Of a stretch of DNA of 64,000 nt, positions 28,768 to 45,745 are shown in pieces; position 1 is the stretch's first letter, and each line of letters starts with the position of its first letter. Source of the DNA: the human T2T-CHM13v2.0 reference genome, Homo sapiens; NCBI RefSeq assembly GCF_009914755.1, contig NC_060925.1; one strand, given 5' to 3'. Position numbers and translations under genes: made by a program. The notes beneath the pieces are model-generated. The model was not told the DNA's origin and ran no database searches. It saw only the letters and a list, made by a program, of their open reading frames with translations.

Positions 28768-31593
28768 TTATTTATAGATTTTAAAAATAATTTTTAATTT
28801 AAGGCCTGGTCGTGGCTCATAGGAATAGCGGGAATTAGCAGGAGCTGGGTCTTTAAAAGTTTGATTGGCTGGGTCTTGTGGGTCCACAGCTGGATCAGGA
28901 ACTGGCTTTATCTGAGAATGAAGAATATACAGCTTATTTTTAAAAAATTTAATAGAATAGCATGCTATTAATAAAATCTGATATGGCCTCATCCGCTGTG
29001 GTTTAAGCTGGTCTCTGGAATGGATATCTCTCCAAGTTTTGAGGAGCACCCAGTTTTCTGGCTTTATTTTATGGAGAGGAATATCCGTGGGATGTATCAT
29101 CCTATTAGAGGCAAATTTATGGATGGCATTTAAAGTTACACCCCAAAACTGTATATACTTGACAGTGTCTAATTCTGATTTTTAAATCATTTATCTGTTT
29201 GCCTATTGGTGCAGACTATAGGAAGGGTCTTTCATACAAGATTTCATAAGAACTTGAAGCCTGCTTTTAGGAGCCTCTCTAATTTTAAGCAGTGTAACTG
29301 GCAATATCTTTCCCTATGTGAGACTTGTTTCCTGAAAACATTTTGTAACATCTTCTTCCAAGGTGTGTTATTTGTTTGCTTGTTTGTTTAGTCTTTTTAG
29401 TGGACTGGAGTCTGTAATTTTTATTTAATTTTCAGCTATCTGGATAACTCCAGGGTTACCTTGACAATAAAGGCACTGCCGTTATCACTCTGTATGGTGA
29501 ATGGCAATCTAAATCTGGGGATAATTTTTTTTTTAGTAAAGCTTTTATTATTTTTGAAGTCCTCTCAGTAAAACAGGGAAAGGCTTTCACCCATCTGATA
29601 AATGTGTTCACCATTATTACTGAATATTAATTTTGTTTTTTGCTCTTGGCATTATAGTAAGCTTATTTGCCAGTCTTCCCCCTGTGTGTCACCTCTTGCT
29701 TATATCCTTTTTTGGTGTGGGTGAACCTGAGTTTGAATTGTTTTTTGCACGGTGTATACATTTTTCTATAACCTTTTGTATAGTCCTTTGCATAGTAAGA
29801 TCTATGATGTAATTCTGGATCCACTTAATCATGGTACAATTGTTATAGTAGGTGTTCTAATAAATTGAATTATTTTTTTAATCAAAATTTTAGGGATCAG
29901 GACTATTTTTTTTTTTTTTTCCGCTGGCTTGTAGTCCAGAAGTTAGGTTTTAGGGCCATTACATTGAAACCTGAATTTTTTATTCATCTTAAATCTTTGT
30001 GGGATATGTTGAATAAAAAGTGGCCAACTCTCTATGTGGAACCAGGCTATAACAGTGGGAGTTTTTGGCCAGGCAGCTAACTTAGCAGTCTGGTCTGTTT
30101 TGTTATTTTTATGAAATACTGAACAGTTTGATTTTTGATGGCTTGGGCAATGTATGGTTGCCATCGTTTTGGTTTTTAATACCACATTTAGTAATTAAAG
30201 AAATTTTTGTTCACGTTTGTTTGTCCCCCCTGATGTTAACAGCCCCTTATTTTAAAAAGTGGCCCCATGTGTATGTATCACGGAGAAGACACACTTTAAA
30301 TAAGTGTAAATGTTTAACTTTTTGTCTTTTTTCTGGTGAAGGGCATGGGTGAGGGCTATTAGTTCTGCCTTCTGAGCAGTGTTTTAGCTTTTATAATATC
30401 TTTCAAAGTTAACACCACACATCCAGCTTTCTGATTTTTCTGATCCATGCAACTGTTGTTATCTGTGAACATCTCCAGATTCGGTTCTTCCGAGGGCACA
30501 TCTGTCAGGTCAGGGTGACTATAATAGGCTTGTTTAATAATCAATAATCAGTTATGCCTAGGTTTCTCTGATGGGTTAGGGAGTGGGGCAGTGGGATTTA
30601 AGGTGAACACAGTCCTTAGTGTCACATTAAGATTATCCAAGAGAATTGCTTGGTATTTTCCCAGCCGACCTGAAGTAAGCCAATAACCACCTTTTTGTTC
30701 TAATAATGATAATACACAATGTAGGGGATGTATGGCTTTGGGCTGTCCCCAGGTGAATTTTTACCTTTTTGTAGTAAGTCACAGGTGGTGGCTACTGCCC
30801 TGAGGCACAATGGCCATTCGTGGGTTATGCTATCCAAAGTCTTTGAAAAGTGTGGCACAGGACACTTAGCATCTCCTAGATTTTGGGTACATACCCTCAA
30901 TCCTATTTTTTGTCTTTCATGTACAAACAGATCTAATGGCTTTTAAAAATATGGCAGTACTAAAGCCAGAGCTGTCAAAAATTAAAAAAAAATCATTCAA
31001 AAGGCTTTTTGGCATTTGTTAGTCCATACTACAGGCTCATGGTTGGTTTCTTTTAGGGCACTATATAGGAGTTTTGCCATCAACCTGAAATGAGGAATCC
31101 ATATACAGCAAAATCCAGCCATTCCTAACAACCCTAATAATTGTCTTTTGGTGGTTGGATGGCTAACCCTTGCTACTGCCTCCTTCTGTCTCCTGTTAAT
31201 TTAAATCCTATAGACTTTACGGAGGGCTGAGAAATTCACTCTTTTTTGGCATACCTCATAGCCTCTCTCAGCCAGGAAATTTAAAGTGGTTATAGTATTT
31301 TTATTTGAGCTTTTTCAGGTTTTACTTACTATCATTATGCCATCTACATATTAAAGGAGAGCCCTCTTGTAACTGGAGTTCCCTTAGGTCTATTGCCAGC
31401 ACTTCTCCAAACGAGATGGGGGAGAGGGGTTTGAACACTTGTGGAAATAGAGTCTAGTAATATTGGTGTGTATTTTTTGTTTCTGGATTTTGTCATTCAA
31501 AAACAAAGACCTCTTGAGGTTTGAGATGAGGGGGATGTAGAAAAATGTATCTTTCAGGCCTAATACTGTGAACCAACCAAAGACTTCTGACAA
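28768..31593 (-). pseudogene. pol: ERV pol remnant (C-terminal RT, RNase H, integrase)
   Basis: WFTVLGLKDTFF, YVDG (YVDD), LGLLGMAGFC, WPLCLRAVA, FTDNNS, AQKAELIAL, HCPSHQK, GEDWQ, IQSDNGSAF, PENWVLLK. Confidence 0.92.
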
Positions 31594-31596
31594 AAA

Positions 31597-32715
31597 TTAT
31601 CACCAAATACTCAGGTGGGTTTTCATTCAGCCTCTGTCATAATTCTTGAACTTTATTAAAAAAGCTATGCTGTTTTGGGTTTCTTTTCTAAGGCCTGCTA
31701 AAATACAATCTCTATAATGCTCTAGATGTGCTTGACTCACATGGTTTGTATTCCGTCTGGGGTCTGTGGTTGGGACAGCCTCCGCAGCAGCTGCCTGAAC
31801 CAGATTTCTAGGAGCCTTGACATGTTCCTGGCCCACTTATTTCCAAGGGTTTTCTCGGACTATTCTCTGCTCTTCAGAGGTAAACAAAGTATTTAGTAAA
31901 TTTTGCACACCAGCTCAATTAGAATTATGACTAGCAAAAATGGAGGAGAACAAATTTTGTATTGTTCTTGAGTCATCCCAGTAGGTAGTCATGTTATTCC
32001 TTCAATTGTATAAGGCAGAGATAGAGAATGGGGTGTGCACCTGTACAAGTCCTGCCTGCTGACCCTGGGCATTGATTCCATCAGTGGGTATTTGCCTTAA
32101 TGGGAATTGCCCTGTCTCAACCAGAGTGGCTCCCTGACGAAATTGACTACCCTGTCAGGTGTATGAAGGAGAGTGCATTTCTCCTTCCAGCCTGTCTCTA
32201 TCATTATTATTCCCCAATCCAGCCAGGGTAATAAGGGTTCCCATTTCTGTCTGTGCTAGAAGGACCATTGCCCCAGCTCCCACATCTTGCCCCCCATAGG
32301 GTGGAGAGAGGAGCATTGGGCACATTCATTTGTTGAAGCAGTAAGTCATCGTCTGATTCCTTAGAACCATGCTCCTATCCTAGGGGCATCTCTTTGAACC
32401 ATGGTTTTATGTAAATTATGTTTTTTATGAATTGGTTTGCTTTGGTACAAAAGCATACAAGCTTGTATATATAGAATTTTATTTCATTCAACTTTGTGTT
32501 TACAAAACAATTTTAATTGAAAAATTGTAACATAATTTAAACACCCGTTTTCTGGCCACCTTTCCTCAGCTCCCAGGGAATATCATGGCTAGGTAGTGCT
32601 GTAATAAGAACTCATTTTTTTCTTCTTTTTTAAATGGGCTGAAACTAAAAATGGCCCAGTTTTGCAGAATACACCCCAATGGGCTATAAGGAGGACTAAA
32701 ACTTGTGTTTTCCAT
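31597..32715 (-). pseudogene. gag: ERV gag remnant (MA to CA major homology region)
   Basis: MA: MENT..SPLGCILQNW..RWPENGCLNYVTIFQLKLFC. CA/MHR: QFPLRQ..PFSISALYN*..QNLLNTLFTSEEQ..CILAGL..NENPPEYL. Confidence 0.9.
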
Positions 32716-33141
32716 TTTAGATGACGAAACCATAGGTGATAAAACCTTAGTGCCTTGGCCAGTCTCTAAACAGTTTTAAGCAAGTCAAACAGATTTTAAG
32801 CAAATCAAAATCAAATGAAGTTTCTCAAGGTCTCAATCCCTTCGACTCCCTAGGGTATATCTCCACCCTCAAACTGAATGCTCTGATGAAGCAGAACCAA
32901 GTGTTTGCAGGGAAAACACCTTGATGCCATCACATATGAATTTGCCACTTACCAAAGATGTCTTCCAAGCCAAATGTCTGTTTCTAATGTGCAAAGGTGA
33001 AAGCATCATGGGCCAGGGATGGCAGCCAAACACATGGATCTTTCCCTGAGTAGAATGGCTACGGCAGCTGCTAATGGGATCCAAGGGTGGCTGTGGCCAG
33101 GGGCCAATGTGCCTTGGGTGAGATGTCCACTCAGGATTTTC

Positions 33142-33159
33142 ATCCCATCTGGGTCACCA
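33142..33159 (-). other. Primer-binding site, tRNA-Arg type
   Basis: TGGTGACCCAGATGGGAT, 6 nt from the 5' LTR. It matches 16/18 of the tRNA-Arg(CCG) complement TGGCGACCCAGATGGGAC as I recall it. Confidence 0.75.
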
Positions 33160-33805
33160 CTAAATTGTTAGCAAACTGAACCTGGACCCACTCAGTCGGT
33201 GCAGGAAAGCCAAACATCTACACCATGTTTGGAAGTGAGAGAAAGAAGGGAGTTTATTTGTAGGGCACCAAGCAAGGAGAATTGGCCAGCTCACACTTAA
33301 GACCCAACCTCTCTGATGGTTTACAAGTAAGAATTTTTAAAGGCAGGAGTCAATTTTAGGAAATCAGAACTTACAGGCAAAATTATAAATCAATACATGG
33401 AAGTTATACATTGGTTTGGCCCCCCAAAGATGAGATATCTTGAAGCAAGAACTTACAAATCATAGGTGGATTTAAAGATTTTTTGATTTGTAATTGATTC
33501 AGGAAATAAAACTTCATCTAAAATCTAGAGGTCAGTGGAAAGGAATGTTGAGGTCTGACCTGTGAGCGTGACTTTCCTTAGGTTCCTCAGGAAGAAATTT
33601 AGAACAAAGAACAGCAGTCAGAGTTCAGTCCTCAGTTTTCCCTAATTGTAGGTTTATGTGCCAGTGGACAGCATTTTCCATTTGGTGGGGGTCCAGGTTG
33701 TTAAAAAGCAACTCAGGGACATATGATAAGACGTTATCTTTGTTTTTTAGAGGAATCCAAACATATGGGGATTCTAACTTTCTTGGCTGTTGTTTTAAGC
33801 TATTC

Positions 33806-35560
<1,755 letters not shown>

Positions 35561-36330
35561 GGGTATGTTCATACAGCTAGTTAGTTGCAGGCCCGAGATT
35601 TGAAGCCCGGTCTTCCTAACTTTAAAACCCACATATATAGTGATTAAGAGTGAACATCTCATTGTACTTGACTTTCAAATTCAATTAGCAAATGCCATCA
35701 GACCTCCAAGATACTTTTAATAAAAGTAATATTCTTTAATATTATGATGGAAACAGTTTCCAAACCAGCAAATGTCATTATGTCTGGAAATAGAACTTTT
35801 ATTGATGTATATGGATGAATAATGCTACAATTTGTTTCAGGATCCGTGTCATAGAGTCATCTTAATGCTAAGTCTATTACACATGAATTCCTTTTTGTTA
35901 TTTCAAATCCAGTGGTCCAAAGCAGACTCACATAATAGTCTGTTGCAGCAGAGAAAAGGATGGAGAATGATGGAGGAACGTAATGCCAGAGAAGAGGATA
36001 AGATATTAGAGTAGAGACCTTAGTGCAGTGAGGAACAAATCCATGCACACATTCAGGGTAAGGTATCTCTGCAGAGAAAACAGAAAATGCAAAAATCCCT
36101 AAAATGGAAAAGGGTTTACCTTGTGGAAGGCAAAGCAAGAAAGTCTTAGGCTTAATTCTTTAGTGGAACCATTCAAAAGTCTTAAAGCGTTCAATTTTTA
36201 GCTTTTTTTCTTCTTTTTAAAATTTTTAAAAATGTGTTTTGAAAATGAAATCTCATACAGAAAAGGTGCAGTAATGTTTTTCTTTTGAATCATTTGGGAG
36301 TAAGTTGCCAACATTGCCCATCACCCCTAA

Positions 36331-36643
36331 TTTTAATTAATTAATTAATTTGTTTGTTTATTTATTTTGAGACAGAGTCTCACTCTGTCACCCAGGCTGG
36401 AATGCAGTGGCATGATCTCAGCTCACTGCAACCTCTGCCTCCCTGGCTCAAGCGGTCTTGTGTCTTAGCCTAGTAGCTGGGATTACAGGCATGTGCCACC
36501 ATGCCCAGCTAAGTTTTGTATTTCAGTAGAGTTGGGTTTCACCATATTGCCCAGGCTGGTCTCGAACTCCTGAGCTCAAGCAATTCACCTGCCTTGGCCT
36601 CCTAAAGTGCTGGGATTACAGGCGTGAGCCACAGCGCCTGGCT
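36331..36643 (-). mobile_element. AluJb-like element within an L1MC 3' fragment (about 36220-36682)
   Basis: Dimer flanked by ACCCCTAA repeats. Confidence 0.88.
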
Positions 36644-36892
36644 GACCCCTAAGTTTTGAATGTGCATTTTCTACAAATAAAGATGAGCCCTGGGGACAAC
36701 ATCTTGAGAAAACAATATGATATTTTCTAAATGGTTTCATCATTGAGTATATTAAATGCATTCAAGAAGAAGAATAATGCTTATTGTATTTATAATAGCC
36801 TATATGAATAAATAAATACAATGAGTTAATATATTAATACTTATCAAAAGTTTGGAGTACAACACATTCTCTTTTATAGATCCTCATTAAAT

Positions 36893-37156
<264 letters not shown>

Positions 37157-38064
37157 TCAGAAATATTTTATACTTTCACATTTTTAGTTCGGGCAATTTT
37201 ATTTGGATGCAATATCTCTAATACCCTAATTGTAATATCATATAATTCAGCATTATTATATTACACTATTACATTATTAATTTAGATGGTTAAGTGTGCT
37301 TATGTAATTTATTTCTCATTTGCAGCTTTAATTCAGTTTTTAATTTTGCATTTTTTTCTTTACAAAAATCAATATTAATGAAAGATTGGTAGTTCTAATA
37401 TACAAAACAAGATTTTTAGTTAAAGGTATATAATTATCTAAGTGAACTTCTAAGTAATTGAATACATTAGAAATGATATATTTCTTGTTATTATCTCACT
37501 GACTGTAATATCAAACTTGTGTCTTATAAGGCAAACAGTTCCTTCCATTTATTATCTTGGTTGCTAACATGGGCATTTGGGTATTACTATTCTCAGGAAG
37601 AACTGTAATGACATCTGTGACATTTCCTGCTGTTGAATAGTTAAATTTTATTTATTTAATAATACCCATGATTTTGAGGTTCCGTTAGCCTCAAAGCATT
37701 GATTTTTCAAGTCATGATCCTCTAGAACTGACCTCTTAAAGTAATCTTTATATTATAATTTTGATTGCTTCTACCAAGTGAATACTGATATATGGCAGAA
37801 CTCACCAATACAGGCATGTCTAGCTGCCTTAACTGGGCATGCTTGGCTTAGATGCCTGTCTTGGAGACTCTATATAATTACCACATATGTAGATGCAATG
37901 AGGAGAAAGAAGGAAGAATGAACAAATATGAAATGGTAGCTTAAGTAAAAGAACAAAGAAAGCAATTAACTAGTAATAGAACACTAATCTACTCTTCACT
38001 GATTATGGCACCTCCTATTATCTAAAGGAGTTTTTGTGTTGACAATAGATGTAGACATTATTCT

Positions 38065-38223
38065 TTACTTAAAAATTGTTTTACATTTTATTTATTTATT
38101 AAAAATAGAAATGAGTTCTCACTGTGTTGCCCAGGTTGATCTTGAACTCCTGGGCTCAAGCAATCCTCCTGCCTCAGCCTCCCAAAGTGCTGGGATTACA
38201 GGCATGGGCCATGATGCCCAGCC
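38065..38223 (-). mobile_element. FLAM_C monomer with 12-bp TSD
   Basis: TSD AGACATTATTCT at 38053-38064 and 38225-38236. Confidence 0.88.
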
Positions 38224-38744
38224 AAGACATTATTCTCAAGAGATGGGTGACATTAAAAGAGCAGTGATACTTCTTCAAAATACTTCCAGTGCCTTCATGA
38301 TTATTATGATGTTATTTCAATGATGTCTTATTGAGATACTTGACATTGATTCATTTCTTCTCTTGCCTACCTCTTTGAGGTTACCACACTAAGAATGACA
38401 TGTCTAACTGAGGAGAATCCATCATTGTAGTATTTATCATGTTTCTTAGAAATTAGATTTGTCCACACAAATGTACAATTTTTTTGTAGATTTTTTTTTA
38501 ATGGCTTTTTATTTTGGTAACTGTGGAAGTCTTCATTTGTAATGATGCAGATATCGTACTCTTGTTGAGAACATCAGTCTGTACTGATCGACATAAGTCT
38601 GCACACTCTTCGAGGTTATTGTTTGCAGTAACTTAACCCATTGAATTGGTATTATTTTCCTCATTTGTGTGCAATGCTTCTTGTATATTCTGTAATTTCA
38701 AGATACCTCTTACTAAAGTTTATAGAAATGACCTGTACCCCTTA

Positions 38745-38995
38745 GGCAAAGTGGCTTAGAGCATGGATTCTGGAGCTATAAATCTCTGGCTATGAACCCT
38801 AGCTCCACCACTTAATGGCATATGATATGGGGCAAGTTGCTTGTTCTCTTTGTGTCTTAGCTTCTTCATGTGTAAAATGGTTAAAACAACAATAACAGCC
38901 TACCACATAAGGCTGCTGTGAGGTTTAAATGATAAATGTGTTAAAGGACTTCAGATAATTCCTGGTACACAGTAAGTACTAAATAAATGCTAACT
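38745..38995 (+). mobile_element. MIR
   Basis: GGGCAAGTTGCTTG...CTTCATGTGTAAAATGG...GTGAGGTTTAAATGA...CTGGTACACAGTAAGTACT. Confidence 0.8.
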
Positions 38996-40688
38996 AAGAG
39001 GTTCTAAGCATTATTAAGTAAATAAGTATTAAATAGTATTTGTGTTAAGTTCACTGGTACTAATCAAAATACTTTCCAGCTTTGTGCACTTTTAGGTGGG
39101 ATTGAGGCTTTCCTTGTCTTCTCCACTTGTTTCTAATTTATGTCCCAATTTGTTTAGGTGTTTTAAACTATATTTGAAGGGAGTCTTATGAATAAGCCAT
39201 ACTCATATCTGAATCTCACCAGCGTCAGTTGAATTGATTAGTGTCAATGAACATGCATTTCTCTGTCTCCACCACAGAGTAACTCTTGCACTGTCTTCGA
39301 ATGTTAGCAAGCCAACCTAAAGCCTGGAAGTAACACTTGTTGCAACTCCTAATAGTTGACTGTGTAACTCTCCCTGATACATCTGGCTTCTAATAACAGG
39401 GGCTTAAAGAAAGACGGGTATTTGGATTTCTAATTACAAGGGCTTAAAGAAGGGAGAATATTTTTAAATACAAAGGCTTTGAATGCAGCCAATAATAATT
39501 CATCATCATCATGAAGCATCTAAACTCTGTGGAAAGAAACTGAGTGATATTAATGAAATGAACTAGGTCTGTCTCTGGGAATAATAGTTACTATTCTATT
39601 TGTAGATACAGCAAGTTTTGTTATGTTTTGTGTCAAGGAATGCGGTTGTCCCATACTTATTTTAGAAATGTTAAGGTAAATCTAGATTAATTTAGTTTTA
39701 AGGATTTTATGATACCCTTTGGGGTTATTTGTCATGGCTGACCTAGGTATCACAAAAGGAGCCTTGGGAATCACTGGCCAATTTGTAACTCACTATTCAC
39801 ACTTATTGTCAAAAAAGCCAAAATAAATGCACCAACTATACTATCATCCACAGATTTCATTCACCTCTAGATCCAGCCAAAGACTAGTTTTATAGCAACT
39901 TGAAATAAAAGGGCATACTTCTGTGTTATAAGGCAAAGAATGAGACTGGAAGTAATACAGGGAAAAAGCATGAGATTAAACATTGATACTTTTTATAGTC
40001 AAACTCACTATAACTCATGAGAATTCTTGTTTAGAGTGTAGTTGAAATAATTTATCTCATTACTGAATAGTCTATTAGAGACTGAGTGCATGGAGAGAGG
40101 GGGCTGAGAAAGTGTAATTTGATGACCAAAAAAAAAGAAGAGTGGGATTAGAATGACTGACCTGGTACTAAGACCCTTCAGTTCAAGGGATGAACAAAAG
40201 CATTTCTCTTCCTGCCTCCATAAATCACGTATGACCTGTTCAAGCCCGATTCACCAACTAGGGCAGAGCAGAGGTCACCCTGACATAAACCCACAGACAG
40301 GAGGCCCCTACAGATTTATTTAAGCTTGGGAAGATTCTGGTTTTTGTTCTTTTTTTCCTTCTTTTTTTTTCCCAGACTCCCACTGCAATGCCACGGGAAG
40401 TTTGGCTATATCCCAGGAGCCAGCAGTGGACAGCTAAGCTTAAAATGACGAAATTACATCAGGCTTATTTGCTAACGATCTGAATTTACATCAGAATTTT
40501 GCAACTCTAGCTGTTTCTGTGTGGATTGAACACATGTAATTTATATATTTCTCCTGCCCTTCTACAGCACTAACCAAATGATAGACCCACTTTTCTTGCT
40601 AAATTCTAGCTAAGTTGAAATCATATGTAGAATTTGAATGGGACAACAGTTTCATTCATTAATGTAATAGATACTGAGTGATACCCTG

Positions 40689-40692
<4 letters not shown>

Positions 40693-40729
<37 letters not shown>
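40693..40729 (+). repeat. (TG)18 microsatellite
   Basis: Perfect GT dinucleotide run. Confidence 0.95.
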
Positions 40730-40732
<3 letters not shown>

Positions 40733-40948
40733 AAAAAACAAACCATAAAAAGCTAACGCCCCTAAATATTTTCCACTCTAGAAGGGGAGCTGTAGTTTCA
40801 CACTGGCAACTCTTGACAAGCATAACTGCTATGAAATTTCAGCTAGATGATGAAGACATAGTTGGTGGAGCATATAGGCATTCTACTTAGAGAAAACTTT
40901 AAGTGTCATGGCACGGAGGCAATGAAGTTCAGATGTTTATGGGAAATA

Positions 40949-41270
40949 GTTCATTCATTCCATAAATATTTATAAAGCAGCTAGTATGTGACAAACACTG
41001 TTCTAGACCCTGGAGATCCAGCACTTAAATAAGGTCAAATCTTTGCTCTCATGAGGCTTACATTCTGAGAGACAAGAGATAGATGGTAAACAAATCAATT
41101 AGATAATTTCAGATAGTGATAAGTATTATGAATAAAACAAAACAGGAGTAATATGATAGAGCACAAATGGGGTGGACAATATTAGATAGAGTGTTCAGGG
41201 AGGAGTTTGGTTTGACTAGAGAGTAGAATCTGTAAATAGGATGATGGAATAGAAAACTAGAAAGATGTAT
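40949..41270 (-). mobile_element. L2 3' end
   Basis: TTCATTCATTCC...AAATATTTAT...CTCTCATGAGGCTTACATTCTGA. Confidence 0.78.
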
Positions 41271-42081
41271 TGGAGAGGCTGTAATAAATATTTAATGCTG
41301 GGCCTGATTATCTCTTTTTGGGCATTTCTAGAAAACACTAAGTACTTCAATTCTCAAAAAAGTGTGACTCTTGTGCTCATTTTCCTGACCAATGCATGGT
41401 CTTTTCTAGAACTACGTATAGAGGCACACCTGCATCCTTGCTTGACATCTAAGTGGAAATGGGCACTGTTACAGCTTGTGTCACTTAACTTTATTCATTT
41501 TATAAGTGCCTAAGTGGCTTATCTTGACAAGCTTATTCAGGAAATATTTAAGAATCTTTTTCTCAGTTGCTCATGAAGCGTTTTCAAATCACAGTTAACA
41601 TCAGTTTATTATTTGTCACGTGTTTCATTAGAATTACCTCTCAATGAAGTCTATCCACACAGAAATCTACAAGCTTCAGCCACTTTTCAGTTGTTTTTGT
41701 AAAAATGACAAAATACAGTTTTGACAAATTGTCATTTTTTTACTTCTATACCTAAAGAAAAGCCCCCAAACCCTACCCTGGTAAAACAGATTTGTTTCAA
41801 ATGTTTCAGGAATATAATTTTTCATTCAATGCAAACATGAAATATGTTAGCTAAAAAGGAGAGTTTGGCTCTTTAAAGCTAAAACTCTTTTAAAGAGAGT
41901 TTTAAGCGTATGAGGTGTAGTGGAAATTCTTAATCAATGATTTCTTGACACAAAGCCTATTAATTGAACACTATTAGCCTTATTATTGTTTTAAAAGTCT
42001 ATACTTTTTATAGTAGATCCCACAGTTTGTAAGGCTTATAGGAAAGCTATTAAGAGTATGTCTTACTAAAAGATAACAGTG

Positions 42082-44529
<2,448 letters not shown>

Positions 44530-45289
44530 TTATTGTCATTAGAATAAAAGATTGAACTCTGAACTGTCATTGCTTATGCAGGAATAAAAGGAATCAAGTG
44601 AAAACTTACAAACTCTGCAAGCAGATTGTTTCAAATTGGAGGAAGATTGCAAACCCGACTGCAAACACCAAAAGTGTTAAAGAAGATTGTGTTAATTCTT
44701 GTGTATGCAAGTGAATTTAAAATAATTTTTATTCTTAAAATTACCAATATTTATGGGATAACTGGAGACAGATTCATTGGTCACAAACTGAGGTTGATAT
44801 TTTTATTTTTGATGCTCTGAATGAGAAAATATAGTGTACATAGTACAATGGGTCACAAAATCATCTGAATGATGACTGCATAAGCAAATTTAATATTTAG
44901 TTCTTAAATGGGTGTGTCATTCTTTAATTCCTTTTAGCTTGTCTAAACTTTTTTTGAGTTCAACTTCTTTTTTAAATCTACTTTGTTTTCTCAGAAGGAT
45001 AGAAAGGAAAAAAATAATTCTTGAAACCAGAAAAATAAATAAGCATAATGTAATGCAAAGATTTTATTCCTTCATTCTTCCTTTTGTTCTTCCAGAATTT
45101 GACCAATTTTTATTTAGTGTCTTCTACTTACCAGGATATTTGCTAGGCTCTGGATAAAATGGTGCTCTTTAGAACTTCCATGCCAGTGGAAAATACAGGC
45201 TAATGAAGAGTTGATTAAAATACAGTACTGTGTGATAGCTGCCATTCTAAACATATGCACAAGTATTATTGGAACACTTACGAGGATCA

Positions 45290-45745
45290 TCTTTCCTGGA
45301 TGAGACAATTTGGGTTGGTTTCTAGAGAAAGTGGCACATGAACTGAAGATGAATAAGAGCAAACCTTGGAAAGGGCAGGGAGTTCCAGGGATGACATTAT
45401 ACACTTGGGAGCAGCTGGTTCAAAGGCAGAGAGGCACATCTGAGTGGTAACTTAGAGTGTGACTCCTGGAGTAGTGAAGCTGGAAAGCAAAGTGAGAGTA
45501 GAATGAGATGAGAAGTAAGGCCAGGACAGAACTCTGCATGCCTTGCTGATTTGGCACTTTTCCTAAAACCTTTGAAGGGTTTTGACCAGTGGATTGGCAT
45601 GATCAGATCTGTTTTTCTGAAGGACAGTGCCAGTAGGAGTGTGGCAAATGGATGGAGGGTGGAGTGTGAGAACCGCAGTCTGGGATCAAGTTAGAAATTG
45701 TTGCAGTAATCCAGACAAGTAGTGTGAAGTCCTGAACTAGACTGT
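45290..45745 (-). mobile_element. L2 relic
   Basis: GAACTGAAGATGAATAAGAG, GGCATGATCAGATCTGTTTTT, GTTGCAGTAATCCAG. Confidence 0.7.

Noticed and set aside
41881-41903. Near-palindrome AAAACTCTTTTAAAGAGAGTTTT
   Set aside because: Short and AT-rich; expected by chance.
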